Source of the DNA: Gekko japonicus
Taxonomy: Eukaryota
DNA length: 64,000 nucleotides
Direction: 5' to 3'
NCBI RefSeq assembly: GCF_001447785.1
Contig: NW_015175470.1
Span: 64,545-128,544, forward strand
Position 1 is the first letter of the stretch; each line of letters starts with the position of its first letter. A program made the position numbers and the translations under genes. Positions 48,426 through 61,230 of this stretch are shown piece by piece. The notes under the pieces were generated by a model. The model made no database searches. It saw only the letters and a list, made by a program, of their open reading frames with translations, and had not been told where the DNA came from.

Positions 48426-50581
48426 TTTGCTCTCAGTATCCAGTTGCAAATTACCTGTAGGGCTGAGTAGAGGAAATATTTTAAAGAACGATCCTCAGCA
48501 GGTCTCCTCAGAATCCCACTCTGGTCTATTCAATGGGGCTTTCTCTCAGGGAAGTGTTCTTCTGATTGTACTGTGAACCTACTAATATCCATGAATGGTT
48601 ACTCAGAATTCCTTGTTTGACCATCTCAGTCCAGTAGATAACCCCTTTTTTAATCAGAAACAAATGGGACAGTTTGCACATGGGCAAATTGGACAGAAGA
48701 TCAGCATCTCACTGGCTGACCTGACCCCTTCACTTTCGTTTCCCCAGACCTAAGCTTGTATAGCTTTCACTTGCATAGATTCTGATTGCTTGATCGGGAA
48801 CTATGCTGAATGTCATAGAGGGACTTTAGATTTATTGATCTTGTACAAACATCAATTTTGTAAATTACAGAATGGAAACTGAGGAAGGATAAGTGGACAG
48901 TTTCCTGATCCCTTATCCACACTTTAGCTGCACAAGTAATGGCTGTTGTTGCACAAACAACACTGCCCTCATAGGGATGAGCTACTGGGGAGGCCCCCAC
49001 CCATGGAGTCCTATAACCCTGACAGACTGGACAAGGGAAACTGGTTACTGGGGTCTGCCATTTTGGAGTGCATTCTCTGCCTGTAAAGCAAAATTCGAGT
49101 CCAGTGGCAGCTTTAAGACCAACAAAGTTTTATTGATGGTACAAGCTCTCGTGTGCATGCAAACCTCTTCAGATCCCTGAAGAAGTTCGCATGCACATGA
49201 AACCTTATACTTTGAATAAAACTTTTTTAGTCTTCAAGGTGCCCCTGGACATGAATTTGTTCTGTTGCTTCAGACCTTTGCTGAAGTTAACCTGTAAGGA
49301 GCTAAATTACCTCTTCAGACCAACAGGGCTACCCACCTGTAAGGAGCTAAATTACCTATATTGTACAAGGAAATAATGTACCAAATGCAACCTGGAAAGC
49401 CTTGGAGCACACTTGTCAAGCGCCTGTCTTGAATGCCTGGGAATTACTTTAAATCTTCCTGACTAATATGTGTAAGTGCTGCATCCCCCTCTTAGAGCTT
49501 CAAACTGGTCACTTTCACAAAATGAAAGCAGGTATCCTGAGTTGCCCAGAGAAGCAGGACTTTAACCACGACAACACCAGCCAACCTAGTCCTTTGTCCT
49601 TATGTAGAATATGAACTCATTCTGATTCTGAAAAAAACAGCCTCCCTAGTAGGTCTAGCCCAAATTGGATTCCCCCCCCAGCTCTAAATTACATTTCTAA
49701 TGTTCTTTAAGGCTCTTCTGCCCAGTAATTCAGATTCAGCCCCCTTTGGGGGCCAAGAGTGGACTCTGTCTTCCCCAAGGACCATCTCTCAAAGAAACTC
49801 AGACAATGAAACCCCACACACATTTGATTAGAATGGGGAAAGCATATTTTATATTCTCCTTTTTGTCTCCTTAGACGGCAACAACCACTCCTTTCAAGAA
49901 TACTCTGCCATTCAGATATTAAGTTTTGAGCATGTTCTGTTTCTTCGCTTCCCTTGCATGCTGCCCATTTTATTCTGAACAAAAGTGTGACTGCCCTTTG
50001 CCTCTTTCCACTTCTGGGAGACAAGCTTGACATGTGTATTCATAGGCTGAAGTTCAGAAATGAACACGCATCTATAAGTACATGAAGGAAGGCTGTGCCT
50101 ATGGCACCCGGAGCAGTTCCTGAGAAACTACACAGTAGCTTTATTTTTTTAATGATTTGGGTTTAATTAAACACTTCCCAATAGTACAATAACAGTTTAT
50201 AGAAAACTGAGAGGGATATCTTTGGCACTGTGCTGCAGTCGTTAACTACCAACTGATTTTCCAATATGAAACATTATTGAATACCTTGGAGTCCCATTTG
50301 TTCTCCAGCCCTTTTCATCAGGGTCCCGTGTCTGCATTTTTGCTGAAGTTCTGTTCTCAAGTATTAGGTCTTCATTCTTCATATAGATGTGACTCTGTAG
50401 TGAAATAACATTAATTGTAATCCAAGACAAATCAGAGAAAGTCAGATTCAATTTCTTCTGCAGCTATTTAGGTTCAAGCGTCCCTTTATCCATTTCATTT
50501 GTTAGAGGCTCGCTACAATTATACACTGCATATATACAATATACTGTATATAAAATATACACTAATTACTCTCAGGTCTGG

Positions 50582-50775
50582 TTAGCCCAGCCTAGCCTGA
50601 TGTTCTCAGATCTTGGAAGCTAAGCAGGGTCAGCTCTGGCTAATATTTGGATGAGAGACCTCTGAGGAATACCAAGATGTTCACAGAGGAAGGCAATGGC
50701 AAATCACCTCTGAACTTCTCTTGCATTGAAAACCCTACAGGGTCCCCATAAATCAGCTGTGACCTGCCAAAAAAA
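50582..50775 (+). mobile_element. 5S rRNA-derived SINE
   Basis: cagatcttggaagctaagcagggtc...ggatgagagacc...ggaatacc 5S head plus RTE-like tail. Confidence 0.75.
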
Positions 50776-50948
50776 CCCACATGTCAAATAATAATTAAAA
50801 AGGCTGTGTGAATGAGACATTGCTTAATTTATATTCTGTTCTTGGCAACTCACTGCCAGGAGTTCAGCTCACTTAACTGACAAGGGATGCTGAAGTCCTC
50901 CCTCCATCCTGCTGTATTATTTGTTCTGTTTTTGTAACTAACCTATGT

Positions 50949-51233
50949 AGACAGTTTGGCATACTGGTTAAGTGTGTGGACTCTAAACTGGGAGAACAGG
51001 GTTTGAGTCCCCACTCCTCCACTTGCACCTGGCTGGATGACCTTGGGCAAGCCATAATTTTGGCACAGCTGTTCTCAAAAAAGAGCAGTTTCTGCCTGAG
51101 TTCTCTCAGCCCCACCTACTTCACATGGTGTCTGTTGTGGGGAGGGGAAGGGAAAGGAGTTTTTAAGCCAGTCTGAGACTCCTTTGGGTAGTGAAGGGCA
51201 GGGTATAAATCCAATCTCCTCCTCCTCCTCCTC
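50949..51233 (+). mobile_element. tRNA-derived gecko SINE (Squam3-like) with (CCT)n tail
   Basis: Same family as 19479; its tail abuts the BovB fragment. Confidence 0.85.
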
Positions 51234-53053
51234 AGAACTTTAACAGCATCATCTTCTAAGACTTTGAATAGCTCAGCTGGAATACCATCACCTCCACTAG
51301 CTTTGTTGTTAGTAATGCTTTCTAAGGCCCATTTAACTTCACATTCCAGGATGTCTGGCTCAAGGTCAGTGATTATACCGTCGTGTTTGTCAAGGACATT
51401 GAGGTCTTTCTTGTATAGTTCTTCTGTGTATTCTTGCCATCTTTTCCTAATCTCTTCTGCTTCTGTTAGGTCCCTACCGTTTTTGTCCTTTATCATGGCC
51501 AGCTTTGCATGGAACGCTCCCTTGATTTCTCCAATTTTCTTGAAGAGATCTCTAGTCCTTCCCATTCTATTGTTTTCTTCTATTACTTTGCACTGTTCAT
51601 TCAGGAAGGCCTCCTTATCTCTCCTTGCTGTTCTCTGGAAATCTGCGTTCAGTTGGGTAAATCTTTCCTTTTCGCCTTTGCCTTTCGCTTTCCTTCTTTC
51701 CTCTGCTATTTGTAAAGCCTCATCAGAAAGCCATTTTGCTTTCTTGCATTTCTTTTTCTTTGGTATGGTGGTGATTGCTGCCTCCTGTACGATGTCACGA
51801 ACCTCTGTCCATAGTTCTTCAGGCACTCTATCTATCAAATCCAGACCCTTGAATCTATTCTTCACCTCTACTGTATATTCATCAGGGATGCGATCTAGGT
51901 CAAACCTGAATGGCCTCGTGGTTTTCCCAATTTTCTTCAGTTTAAGTCTGAATTTTGCAATGAGTAGCTCATGATCTGAACCACAGTCAGCTCCAGGTCT
52001 TGTTTTTACTGACTGAATAGAGCTTCTCCATCTTTGACTGCAAATTATATAGTCAATCTGATTTCGGTGTTGCCCATCTGGTGATGTCCATGTGTAGAGT
52101 CGCCTCTTAGGTTGTTGGAAAAGGGTGTTCGCTATGACCAGTGTGTTCTCTTGACAAAACTCTGTTAACCTTTGCCCTGCTTCATTTTGCTTTCCAAGGC
52201 CAAACTTGTCTGTTATTCCGGTTACCTTTTGACTTCCTACTTTAGCATTCCAGTCCCCTATGATGATGAGGACATCATTTTTTGGTGTTAGTTCTAGGAG
52301 GTGTTGTAGGTCTTCATAGAACCGGTCCACTTCAGCCTCTTCTGCATCAGTGGTTGTGGCACAGACTTGGATTACTGTGATGTTGAATGGTTTGCCTTGG
52401 AATCGGACCAAAATCATTCTGTCATTTTTGAGATTGTATTCCAGTACTGACTTTTGCACTCTCTTGTTGACTATAAAGGCCACACCATTTTTTCTACGAG
52501 ATTCCTGGCCAGAGTAGTAGATATAATGGTCTTCTGAGTTAAATTCGCCCATTCCTGTCCACTTAAGTTCACTGATTCCTAAGATATCGATGTTCAGTCT
52601 TGCCATCTCATTTTTGACCACGTCAAGCTTACCTTGATTCATAGATCTTACATTCCAGGTTCCTATGCAGTATTGTTCTTTGCAGCATCGGACTTTCCTT
52701 TCACCATCAGACACATCCACAACTGAGCGTCCTTTCGTCTTTGGCCCAGCCACTTCACTCTTTCTGGGGTAACTTGTACTTGCCCTCTGCTCTTCCCCAG
52801 TAGCTTATTGGACACCTTCCGACCTGAGGGGCTCATCTTCCAGCGTCATATCTTTTAGCCTTTTGATACTGTCCATGGGGTTTTCTTGGCAAAAAATACT
52901 GGAGTGGGTTGCCATTTCCTCCTCCAGAAGATGACACTTGGTCTGAGTTCTCTGCTGTGGCCTGTCAGTCTTGGGTGGCCCTCCATGGCAGAGTCCACAG
53001 CCTCATTGAACCATGTTAGCCCCCTCGCTACGACAAGGCAGTGATCCATGAGA
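51234..53053 (-). mobile_element. RTE-BovB LINE, 5' half (5' UTR + APE endonuclease), RT missing
   Basis: IGTWNVRSMNQGKL, LGISELKWTG, IGDWNAKVG, YTWTSPDGQHRNQIDYI, GADCGSDH; BovB-type 5' UTR; ORF open from 52753 to the junction. Confidence 0.95.
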
Positions 53054-53054
53054 G

Positions 53055-55060
53055 AGCTGCATTTGGTATCCTTCTATATTTTCCTTCTAAAACCTTAGAG
53101 GGAATAGCCACACAACAAGCTAGGATAAGAGCTGTTCTATATGGTGGCACACCCAGATAAGTCAGGTATTTAGCCATTTTCAATACATATCTGGAGTCAT
53201 TATGGACCAGAAAGGAAGGAGCTCGATTTAAATCCCCTTGGTGCTCTAGATCCCAAATCCTTTGTTTTATTATACTTCTCGCCTGTATGCTGTTTTGCAC
53301 CAATAAGTCCTCAGGCAATAGTCCCATTTTTTTTCTAAATTAGTCTTGGTCATTCAAATTCACCTTGGCTGATAGGGATCTTTGTTTATTAGGGGGGGAA
53401 TCCTTTTTGATTTGAATTAATCTTGAGCCATTGATATGCAGAGGATAACAATACTCTGGCTTCTATTCTCATTAGACCAGTTTCTAGGCATAGAAGGGCA
53501 TTCGGCACCCCCGAAGAAACTTGTAAAACCTTGCGAATGAATCTGGATTGAACCCTCTCAAGTGCACATAAATCAGTGGCAGAAATGCCCAAGTAGATAT
53601 CATAAAGGAGCTGCATTACTACTTTAGCTTGAAACAACTTCAATGCTGCCGGAACATACAGCCCTCCCTTAGATCGATAAAATCTCAAAATAGCATGTAT
53701 TGTTTTCTTAGCTTTTTCCACCCTCATATTATAGTGTGCTGAGTTAGCTCCCGAGTCCTGAATGGCCATGCCCAGGTAAACAAATTTATGTACTTGCTCA
53801 ATTTTGTTTCCTTTCATTGTCCACAAATATTTCTTTTGATGTCTACCAAATACCATCCCTTTTGTTTTATCAAAGTTTATCACCAGGTCTTTTTTTCTCA
53901 CAGTATATTGTGAAACAATCTAGTGCCCTTAGTAATCCTAACGTTGTTATATATAGCAGGGCCACGTCATCTGCATATAGTAGAATTGGTAGGTGATGTG
54001 AAGCAAGCTTTGGTGGATGGAAATTGGGATCTGTCATGTGTTTCACCATATCACTAAGACCTAGAAAAGCATTCATAACCCAGGACAGATAGCCACACAA
54101 AGTCCACTTAAACTTAATACAATGAGTATCACCCAAACGTCTATGAAAGACTTAAACAACTTCATTCAAGAAAGTATATCACAGGCTCTTAAAACTACAG
54201 TGGAGACAGCACTGCCTACATTAATGCAAACTTCTCTCTTCCCTCTTAATGAATAATGTGTGTGTTTACTCAGTTGCAGTTAGGCATGCCCAATGATTAG
54301 ATTTATGTCCTTGTTTGGAGATGGCGGGTGCTTTCTTTTCTGTGTCATTCTATTTGGGTCCATCTGGGGTGCAATGTGAAGTGAGTATAGGAGTTTGAGT
54401 CCCAATTCTAGATCTTCTATGTAGTATAATTTATCCTTGATGGTAAATTGTAATTTGGTTAGTTTTATCCATTTGTATTGGATTTTAGCAATTCAAAGAG
54501 CTTCCATGACTAGTCGTAATGCTTGCCGTCTATTTAAGATTACCTGCGGCAAATCAGGGAAGACATGAATGGGGCTGCCTTTAAACGATAAGGAACCTTT
54601 TGTTCTGGCGGTTTCTAATATTTTCTTTCAGGTGCAGAAGTCGGGGATAGAAGCTAAAATATCCCTGGGGCCCTGGGAGCGAGAAGAGTCTATCGGGTCC
54701 AGTCAGAAGGCAGAGGAGATGAAAAAAGCTACACCTTCTTCCAACACCATTTCCCACGCTAACCATTCTGACAAAAGAAATCGGCAAGTCGGTGTTTAAA
54801 TCCAAGTCCTCAGGTTTCTGCGATGAGAGTTCTAGATTTAGTACCCGGTCACGGAGATAGTCAGTTTCATTTTGTATATATTCTAGTTTGTCTTTAAGAG
54901 CAGAGCTCAGGTCATGTGCCCAAACTGTGGTTTGACTGACCTTATTTAGCACGATTTTAAAGTCTGTGAATTGCTCAGTCCTCAGCCTGTTCTGGGGTGA
55001 TGGCCTGTTTTTCTAAACGTTGTTCCTTAAGCTTGCAATCAGTTAAGCTGAATGACCTAA
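53055..55060 (-). mobile_element. Defective non-LTR retrotransposon (RTE-X-like): ORF1-like and RT fragments
   Basis: LLYADDVALL, KTKGMVF, FVYLG motifs with frameshifts; coiled-coil ORF1-like remnant at 54581-54952; interrupted by BovB. Confidence 0.7.
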
Positions 55061-55084
55061 AATGGACCCAATTTGCAAAGCAGA

Positions 55085-55615
55085 GGCCCCGGTCACACGG
55101 GCAGGAAACTGCGGGGGGGAAGCATGGCAGTTTGCCCCGGAGCAAACTACTGTGCGGTAAAGTGATCAGACCTCCCGTGGAGGTACCGTGGAGGTACCGT
55201 GGAGGTTCCATGGGAAGGGAGAGGTGCCGATCGCATGACAATCCCACGCGCAAAAAAGAAGTACGCGGTGCGGCAAACTGGATGTTTATTTTTCGTGTAC
55301 ACCGCGACTACGCATGCTCCATTGGGTGCTTGTGCGCATCCACGGAGACTTGGAAAAAAACCCACCTTTTTTGCAAGGGGACATGGGCGGGCGCTGGATG
55401 CCTCCGGAAACGCGATCAGACGCCTGCCCTTGCCCCGCAGTTTCCGGAAACTAGTACCTCCGAGGTACTAGTTTTTTGCTGCATGTTTTCGGCGGGAAGC
55501 CTCGGTTACATCACGGAAGTGCTACGCTTCCCAGATGTGCTGGTGAGATCACGCCCGAAAACTCCGCTTGTCTTCCATCGCTCTAGCGTGGCTAATGCTC
55601 CATGTGACCGCAGCC
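55085..55615. mobile_element. Harbinger-like MITE
   Basis: TIRs GGCCCCGGTCACAC / ATGTGACCGCAGCC; CpG-rich; related inverted copy at 62952. Confidence 0.7.
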
Positions 55616-56544
55616 AGGGTTGTTTTTTTCTTAGCTCAATGGCTAAAAATAATCTATTCCAGAATTCAGAACAAGAAAGCACATGCAGTCTATACTTCTA
55701 GCCAGTGAACAATAATAACTAAGCAGGAACTCGACCCAACTAGACTACTAAAATGACACCACTATCAGAGCGGAAGCAGGCCATTTCATTGTAATGTATA
55801 CAGTAAATATACAACATTCCCCACAACTGGGGTGTGACGATAAATGCAAACTGTGTTCACAAATGCACTCTTAGCTTTCTCTATCTAGAGATCTTTAGTC
55901 TGTGCTTGAAATGAGCATAAACATGGGCAGTACCTCAATGGGGAACTTGAAGTGGCACACAGAAATTACTGAAATGTAAATAAATAGGTGTTGTACAGAA
56001 ATCACACCAGCATTTGGGAATAAGCAACAGCAAGCACATCAAACGATTCTGAGTGGAAACTGTCTCAAGATGGGCTCCTGGCTATCTTAGCAACAAGCCA
56101 GTTTTATCTATCTACATCAAATATTTTTCGAACTTTCCAAAAGCCTCTTCTATTGGAAGCCAGCACAATGTGCTGGGTTGTAAAACCTCAGTAGTTTTAT
56201 GCAGCACAAAGAAGTTTCTTTTGTTCCTCTCAAACATTCTATCTGCCAGTTCCATTATATGGTAGAGTTGTTGATTTTATAATAAATGTTTGTTATATTG
56301 AAACCAATTAACATCTTGAGTACTTTCTTTGTGCTTTTGAAGCAGTTTTTTCTCCAGGTAGGCTCACCAACTCTGAGTTGGGAAATACCTGGAGATTTTT
56401 TGGGTGGAGCGATGGGTGTTGCTTTCTGACACATTTCCGGTGCTGTCAGGGGGTGTGGCATATGCAAATAAGTTCTGCTAATGAGTTATGCTAATAAGCT
56501 CCTGCACCTCTTTTTCTACAAAATGACCCCTGGGTGAGTGGGCA

Positions 56545-57989
56545 AGGCCTTAAATAAGCAAACATTCTAGTGAAAACAAGCAGAGACACCACAGTGAGGT
56601 GGGGAAGGCAAATGGAGAGGGCTTTTTTCTGACAGTGCACAGAAGAAATTTGGAGTAGTGTTGCAAAAATCTGCATGTAGGTAATGATGATGAAGATAAA
56701 AAATCCTCCACCTATGGTAAAACTCAATATGAGTAGTGCAGCTTCAATTAGATACACATCTGAACATGAGAGTTTTAGTACATGTGGAATTTAACAAAAT
56801 AATATTGATCCTGTAGTTTAGAGAAGGGAGAGAAATTGAGCCATTTTGTCACCTTTGTTTTGTTTCTTCCATTCAGTTTTGATATGCCCGTAAATTATTT
56901 ATTTATTTATTATTTTCAATTTATATCCTACCTTGCCTGCACAGGCAGGCTCAAGGTGGCATACAACAAGTTAAAATACAATAAAACTCAGTGCATAAAT
57001 GCCATACAATAAAAATTCCACATAAAACAATACAAATAAAGTGCAGATCAGTATAAATGGTGGTTGCTGAGCAGTGATCCGGTGTAACAGGTCCAGCATC
57101 CATAGGTGTTCTAAGCGTTCATTCATCAGTGGCAGCTCCTAATCGAAAGCCTGGTGGATGAGCTCCATTTCACAGGCCCTGCAGAACTGTAAGAGGTCCT
57201 GCAGGGCCCTGATGTCTTCCGGGAGCTCATTCCACTAGTGTGGCACTGCCACTGAGAAGGCCCTAGCTCTGGTGATGGCCAGTCTAATGTCTTATAGTTA
57301 AATAGTCAGATGGCCAATCTGATGTATTGTAGTTAAATAGTTAAGAGTGTTGAATAAATCCTTTAATGGTTGAAGGAGTGAAGTCCCTCTGTACTGCATA
57401 GTTCCCCCAAGACACTTGGACATGCTAGGAGTGGGTTGGAGAATCCCTTGGCAGTAGAAAAGGGGCAAAATGGCCAGTTGATGCAGGCCTGTTCTGCCAC
57501 AGATGTAGAAGTGCAACTGGTGTGTAATATGGCATAAAGGTTCCCAGGAATCCATGCACTTACAGCCATCTGAAAGCAGGCTCCTTTATGCATGATTCTC
57601 TCATATTGCAATGAACTGCAGATAGCAACATACCGATCATGTGCCATTATTGTTAGGCTGGAAAAAATTGACCCTCCAAGTAAAAAGTAGAAAAATACTT
57701 GAACCACACATCCTGAATAAGAAATGGACCTGGTGTTCAGGAGGGAATAAGCCATAGCTTTAGTACCATGACGGAAACTGAGCCAAGGTCCAGAACAGCA
57801 AAGCAGATGAGGAAGAAGTACATGGGGGTGTGCAGATGATGATCGAACACTACAGCAATGATGTTAAGATTACCAGTCACTGTAGTAACATATACTGCTA
57901 AGAAGACAAAGAAATGTAAGATCTGAAGTTCACAGATATCTGAATATTCCAGGGGCAAGAATTCAAGATGTGGAGGTAAGATTGGGCAT
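56545..57989 (-). pseudogene. Olfactory receptor pseudogene
   Basis: MPNLTSTS then frameshift/stop; second frameshift near 57757; L2 insertion ~56895-57300 splits ECL2; 3' end lost at a hAT MITE remnant (56412-56532). Confidence 0.9.
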
Positions 57990-58089
57990 TTTGCTCTCAA
58001 TATCCCATTGCAGCTTACCTGTAGGGCTGAGTGGAGGAAATGTTTTAGAGAATATCCTCAGCATGTCTACTCAGAATCCGTCTCTGGTC

Positions 58090-58480
58090 TGGGATGTATT
58101 CAATATCTGCCATTGACTGTATGTGAAACTGTATGTGAAACACCTAATTGAAGTTCCATGCCAAGCTTCATCCTGGGCTAGGATCCTAATCCCTCCAATC
58201 CTATTGGTAGCCCAGGAAGAACAAACCAATCAAGTGCCAGCAAGCTCCCTGAGCGGGAACGTAAGTGATTGGTCCTTATCCGTACAACCTTATTGGTTGG
58301 AATTTGTATAGTGGGCATGGCTACATTAGCCGGGAGAGTTTAAAAGCAGAAAAGCTTCAATGAAAAAGCTGTTCTGGCTATTCATGTTGATCTGTTTGGA
58401 GTTGAGTTACGAGTTGCTGAATAAAGCTGATCTTTTGCTGAAATCACTCTCTGACTCTTTGTTAAGTAACCAACTTAACA
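58090..58480 (+). mobile_element. Solo LTR (391 bp)
   Basis: TG...AACA, 4-bp TSD GGTC, AATAAA near 58420; absent from paralogous units. Confidence 0.8.
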
Positions 58481-59697
58481 GGTCTCTTCAGTGGTGCTTC
58501 CTCTCAGGCATAAACAGGATCAGGCCTTCATAATATTTTAAAATTTCTCTAAAATGGTGGTTGCCAAGAGTACACAGTCATGTTTAGTTTACCTCTCAGA
58601 GTTCCTCAATTCCCCACTATTACCAGATCCCTGCTCGCCATCAGCAACAGATTGGGAGAGTTAATGTTGCTAGTTCCAGGTTGAGAAACTCCTGGAAATT
58701 TGGGGATGGAACCTCGGAAGGACAGGGACCTCAGTGGGGTACAATTCCATAGAGTCCATCTTCCAAGGCATCCTTTTGTTTTCAGGGGAAATGAACTGTA
58801 ATTCTGGGGGATCCCCAGAGTTCAACCAGTGGCTGGCAACCCTACCAGAGCCCCCAACTGCTTACAGCTTTTGTCTGTGCCGATCCCCAACAGAGCTTCA
58901 ACTGGTGGTCAAAGGGGACCTTTCCTTCCTTTTTCACCAGCAGAAATGTTGGTTGAATCCAACCCAATGACTTATTTCACCTAAAAGGACGACCCCAGCA
59001 ACTCAACAAGAAAGCTTCCTCTGCAGGAAGATGCTGTGCAGCTCACTATGTAGTAAAAGGCAACACACATCAGCTGGTGTCATACATATATTCTCAGCAG
59101 TGTTTGGAAACACAATCAAAGTGGGGAAATAAGATTAAGGTAGCTAGGGTTTATCTCATGCATAGTTATTATGGATTCATTCTTTCAAACATGTTTAATG
59201 CAGAGCATATTGTCTTTCCACTAGATTAAGGCAACTGAAATGCCATACTTCCCAGAAGAAAGGAGTTATATACATATTCATCTGTTTCTTATTATTATAA
59301 ATTTATAGATATTAATGCCATACAATTACCAATCAGGGAAATATTTTAAAAAATCTCCAGACAAATGATAAAAGTTACATACATTCACATTTGCATTCCA
59401 TGCGAGAAGTGAATACATCTTAACTCCCTATGCCTGTTTTCAAAGGAATTGCACAAGACATTGTCATTTTCACAAGACACCCACCATGTTTTGGGCGGGT
59501 CTAGAGAAATGCAAAATCACAAGAACAAAGGAAATGAAGACATACAATTTAGAATAGTAAGATAGGGATCTAAGCCCACTAGGAGAGGAGTTGTAGCAAG
59601 CAGAGGGGGTCTGGCTCAGCAATCGAGCATCTGCTTGGCATGCAGAAGGTCCCAGGTTCAGTCCCAGGCATCTCAAGCTAGAAGGACTAGGTAGTAG

Positions 59698-60079
59698 TGT
59701 CATGCTGCGATGTGTGCTGCCTTAGTCCAGAACTTGCCTTAGTCCGGAATAGGTAAGGTGCCAGCAATAGAAAGCAACTCAGACCACACTTTGTCTAGTG
59801 ATAACTATATACAGTTTATTTACAATATTTATAGTATTCAGGTATACACCAACAAAGTGCTTCGCCAGACAAGTCATCCAGGAGAAGGGAACAGTGATAC
59901 AACATCTGTACAAATATATACATCCAACAGCCAATCAGCAGTCTCTGCTGAGTCATTCTTGCCAAGCAGTATAGCTCTTGCCAGAACCGGTTTGAGCTCG
60001 CTACAGTGGCTGTCATTCTTGTCAGGCTAGATCACTAAGATCACCAAGCCTGATGTCTTAGTGGCATTACATGCTGACA
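59698..60079 (-). mobile_element. Solo LTR (382 bp) inserted in a SINE
   Basis: TGTCA...TGACA termini, 5-bp TSD AGTAG; empty site in the paralogous SINE near 43540. Confidence 0.85.
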
Positions 60080-60583
60080 AGTAGGTGCTGTGAGTGACCC
60101 CTACGTGACACCCTGAGGAGCTGCTGGCAGTCCACTTAGACAAGAAACACCTTAATGGACCAATGGTCTGATACAATATAAAACAGCTTCCTCTGTGTGT
60201 GTGTGTGTGTGTGTGTGTTTGTGGTACACAGACAGAATTCTTGGATTGGAGATAAGGTGCAAAATGATTTCCTCTGAAGCTAGGAGGCCTCATGGCATCA
60301 TGGCCAGGGGGATCGTATTGATGTCTTCCTCCTCCTCTTTGCAGTTATCTGTTTGAAATGTTTTTTTTTTCCCTTGTGGGACCTCTAACCCCCCCTAGCA
60401 TCACATTTGCATTCCTCACAGCAGTGTACTGATAAAAAGGGAAAGTGAAAAAACTCTACCTGTCCCACCATCTTTTGCTTGTAATTCAAAAAATCCAAAC
60501 AATTATTTCCTGTAGATCATATCATATATATTATATAGCCCAGGGTACAAAACCAATAGACACAATAAACTTGAGAAGACAGT

Positions 60584-60763
60584 TCAGCCCAGTTTTACTA
60601 GAAGGATTTTGCTGGAGCTGATTTGAGGAAAATGTGCAAAATCAGTGAGCTTTAGCAATGCAGTCTTGATGTCTTTGTTTCTTATGCTATAGATGAAAGG
60701 GTTCAGCAATGGAGGTAATATAGCATACATAACAGCAAAGATTACATTCATCTCAGAAGAAGT
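60584..60763 (-). pseudogene. Olfactory receptor 3' remnant (TM7 + C-tail)
   Basis: TSSEMNVIFAVMYAILPPLLNPFIYSIRNKDIK...LVKLG*; the rest of the CDS is deleted. Confidence 0.9.
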
Positions 60764-61230
60764 AAGGATTGTTGTTGCATAGACAACACTGCCCCCATAG
60801 GGGGGAGCTACTTGGGAGGCCCCCACCCCTGGAGTCCTGTAACCCTGGACAAGGGACACTGCTCACTGGGGTCTGTCATTTTGGAGTATATTCTCTACCC
60901 GTAAGGAGTTAACAGAGCAAAATTTGAGTCCAGTGGCCCCTTTAAGACCAACAATGTTTTATTGAAGGTATAAGCTTTTATATGCATGCATACTTCTTCA
61001 GATCCCTGAAGAAGTCTGCATGCGAGGAAAGCTGATTTCCTTGTGGGACCTCTAAACCACCACCCCCCAGCATCACATTTGCACTCCTCACAGCAGCGTA
61101 CTGATAAAAGGGGAAAGTGAAAAACCTCTACCTGTCCCGCCACCTTCTGCACAAACTTCAAAACATCCTAAAAATTATTTCCTGCATATCATGCCTAGCC
61201 CAGGATACACAATAAGCTAGAGAAGACACT

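Larger units (their letters stand above)
43180..49520. repeat. Tandem segmental duplication of a ~3.4 kb OR-containing unit; further rearranged copies at ~58510-63700
   Basis: OR stop codons are 3424 bp apart (44036, 47460) and flanks are colinear (tRNA-SINE, Penelope inverted repeat, shared unique sequence). Confidence 0.9.

Noticed and set aside
50582-50775. 5S rRNA gene (also ~4000-4197)
   Set aside because: Degenerate, incomplete 5S fused to a LINE-type tail: a SINE.
51264-51974. 236-aa + strand ORF
   Set aside because: Antisense shadow of the BovB ORF.
51116-52753. Cellular gene call such as craniofacial development protein 2-like
   Set aside because: It is a BovB LINE fragment with its own 5' UTR, nested in another LINE; no BCNT domain or exon structure.
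54997-55701. 234-aa ORF and similar ORFs at 62782-63506 and 5127-5725
   Set aside because: Stop-poor frames in GC-rich MITE or repeat sequence, not conserved between copies, no recognisable domain.
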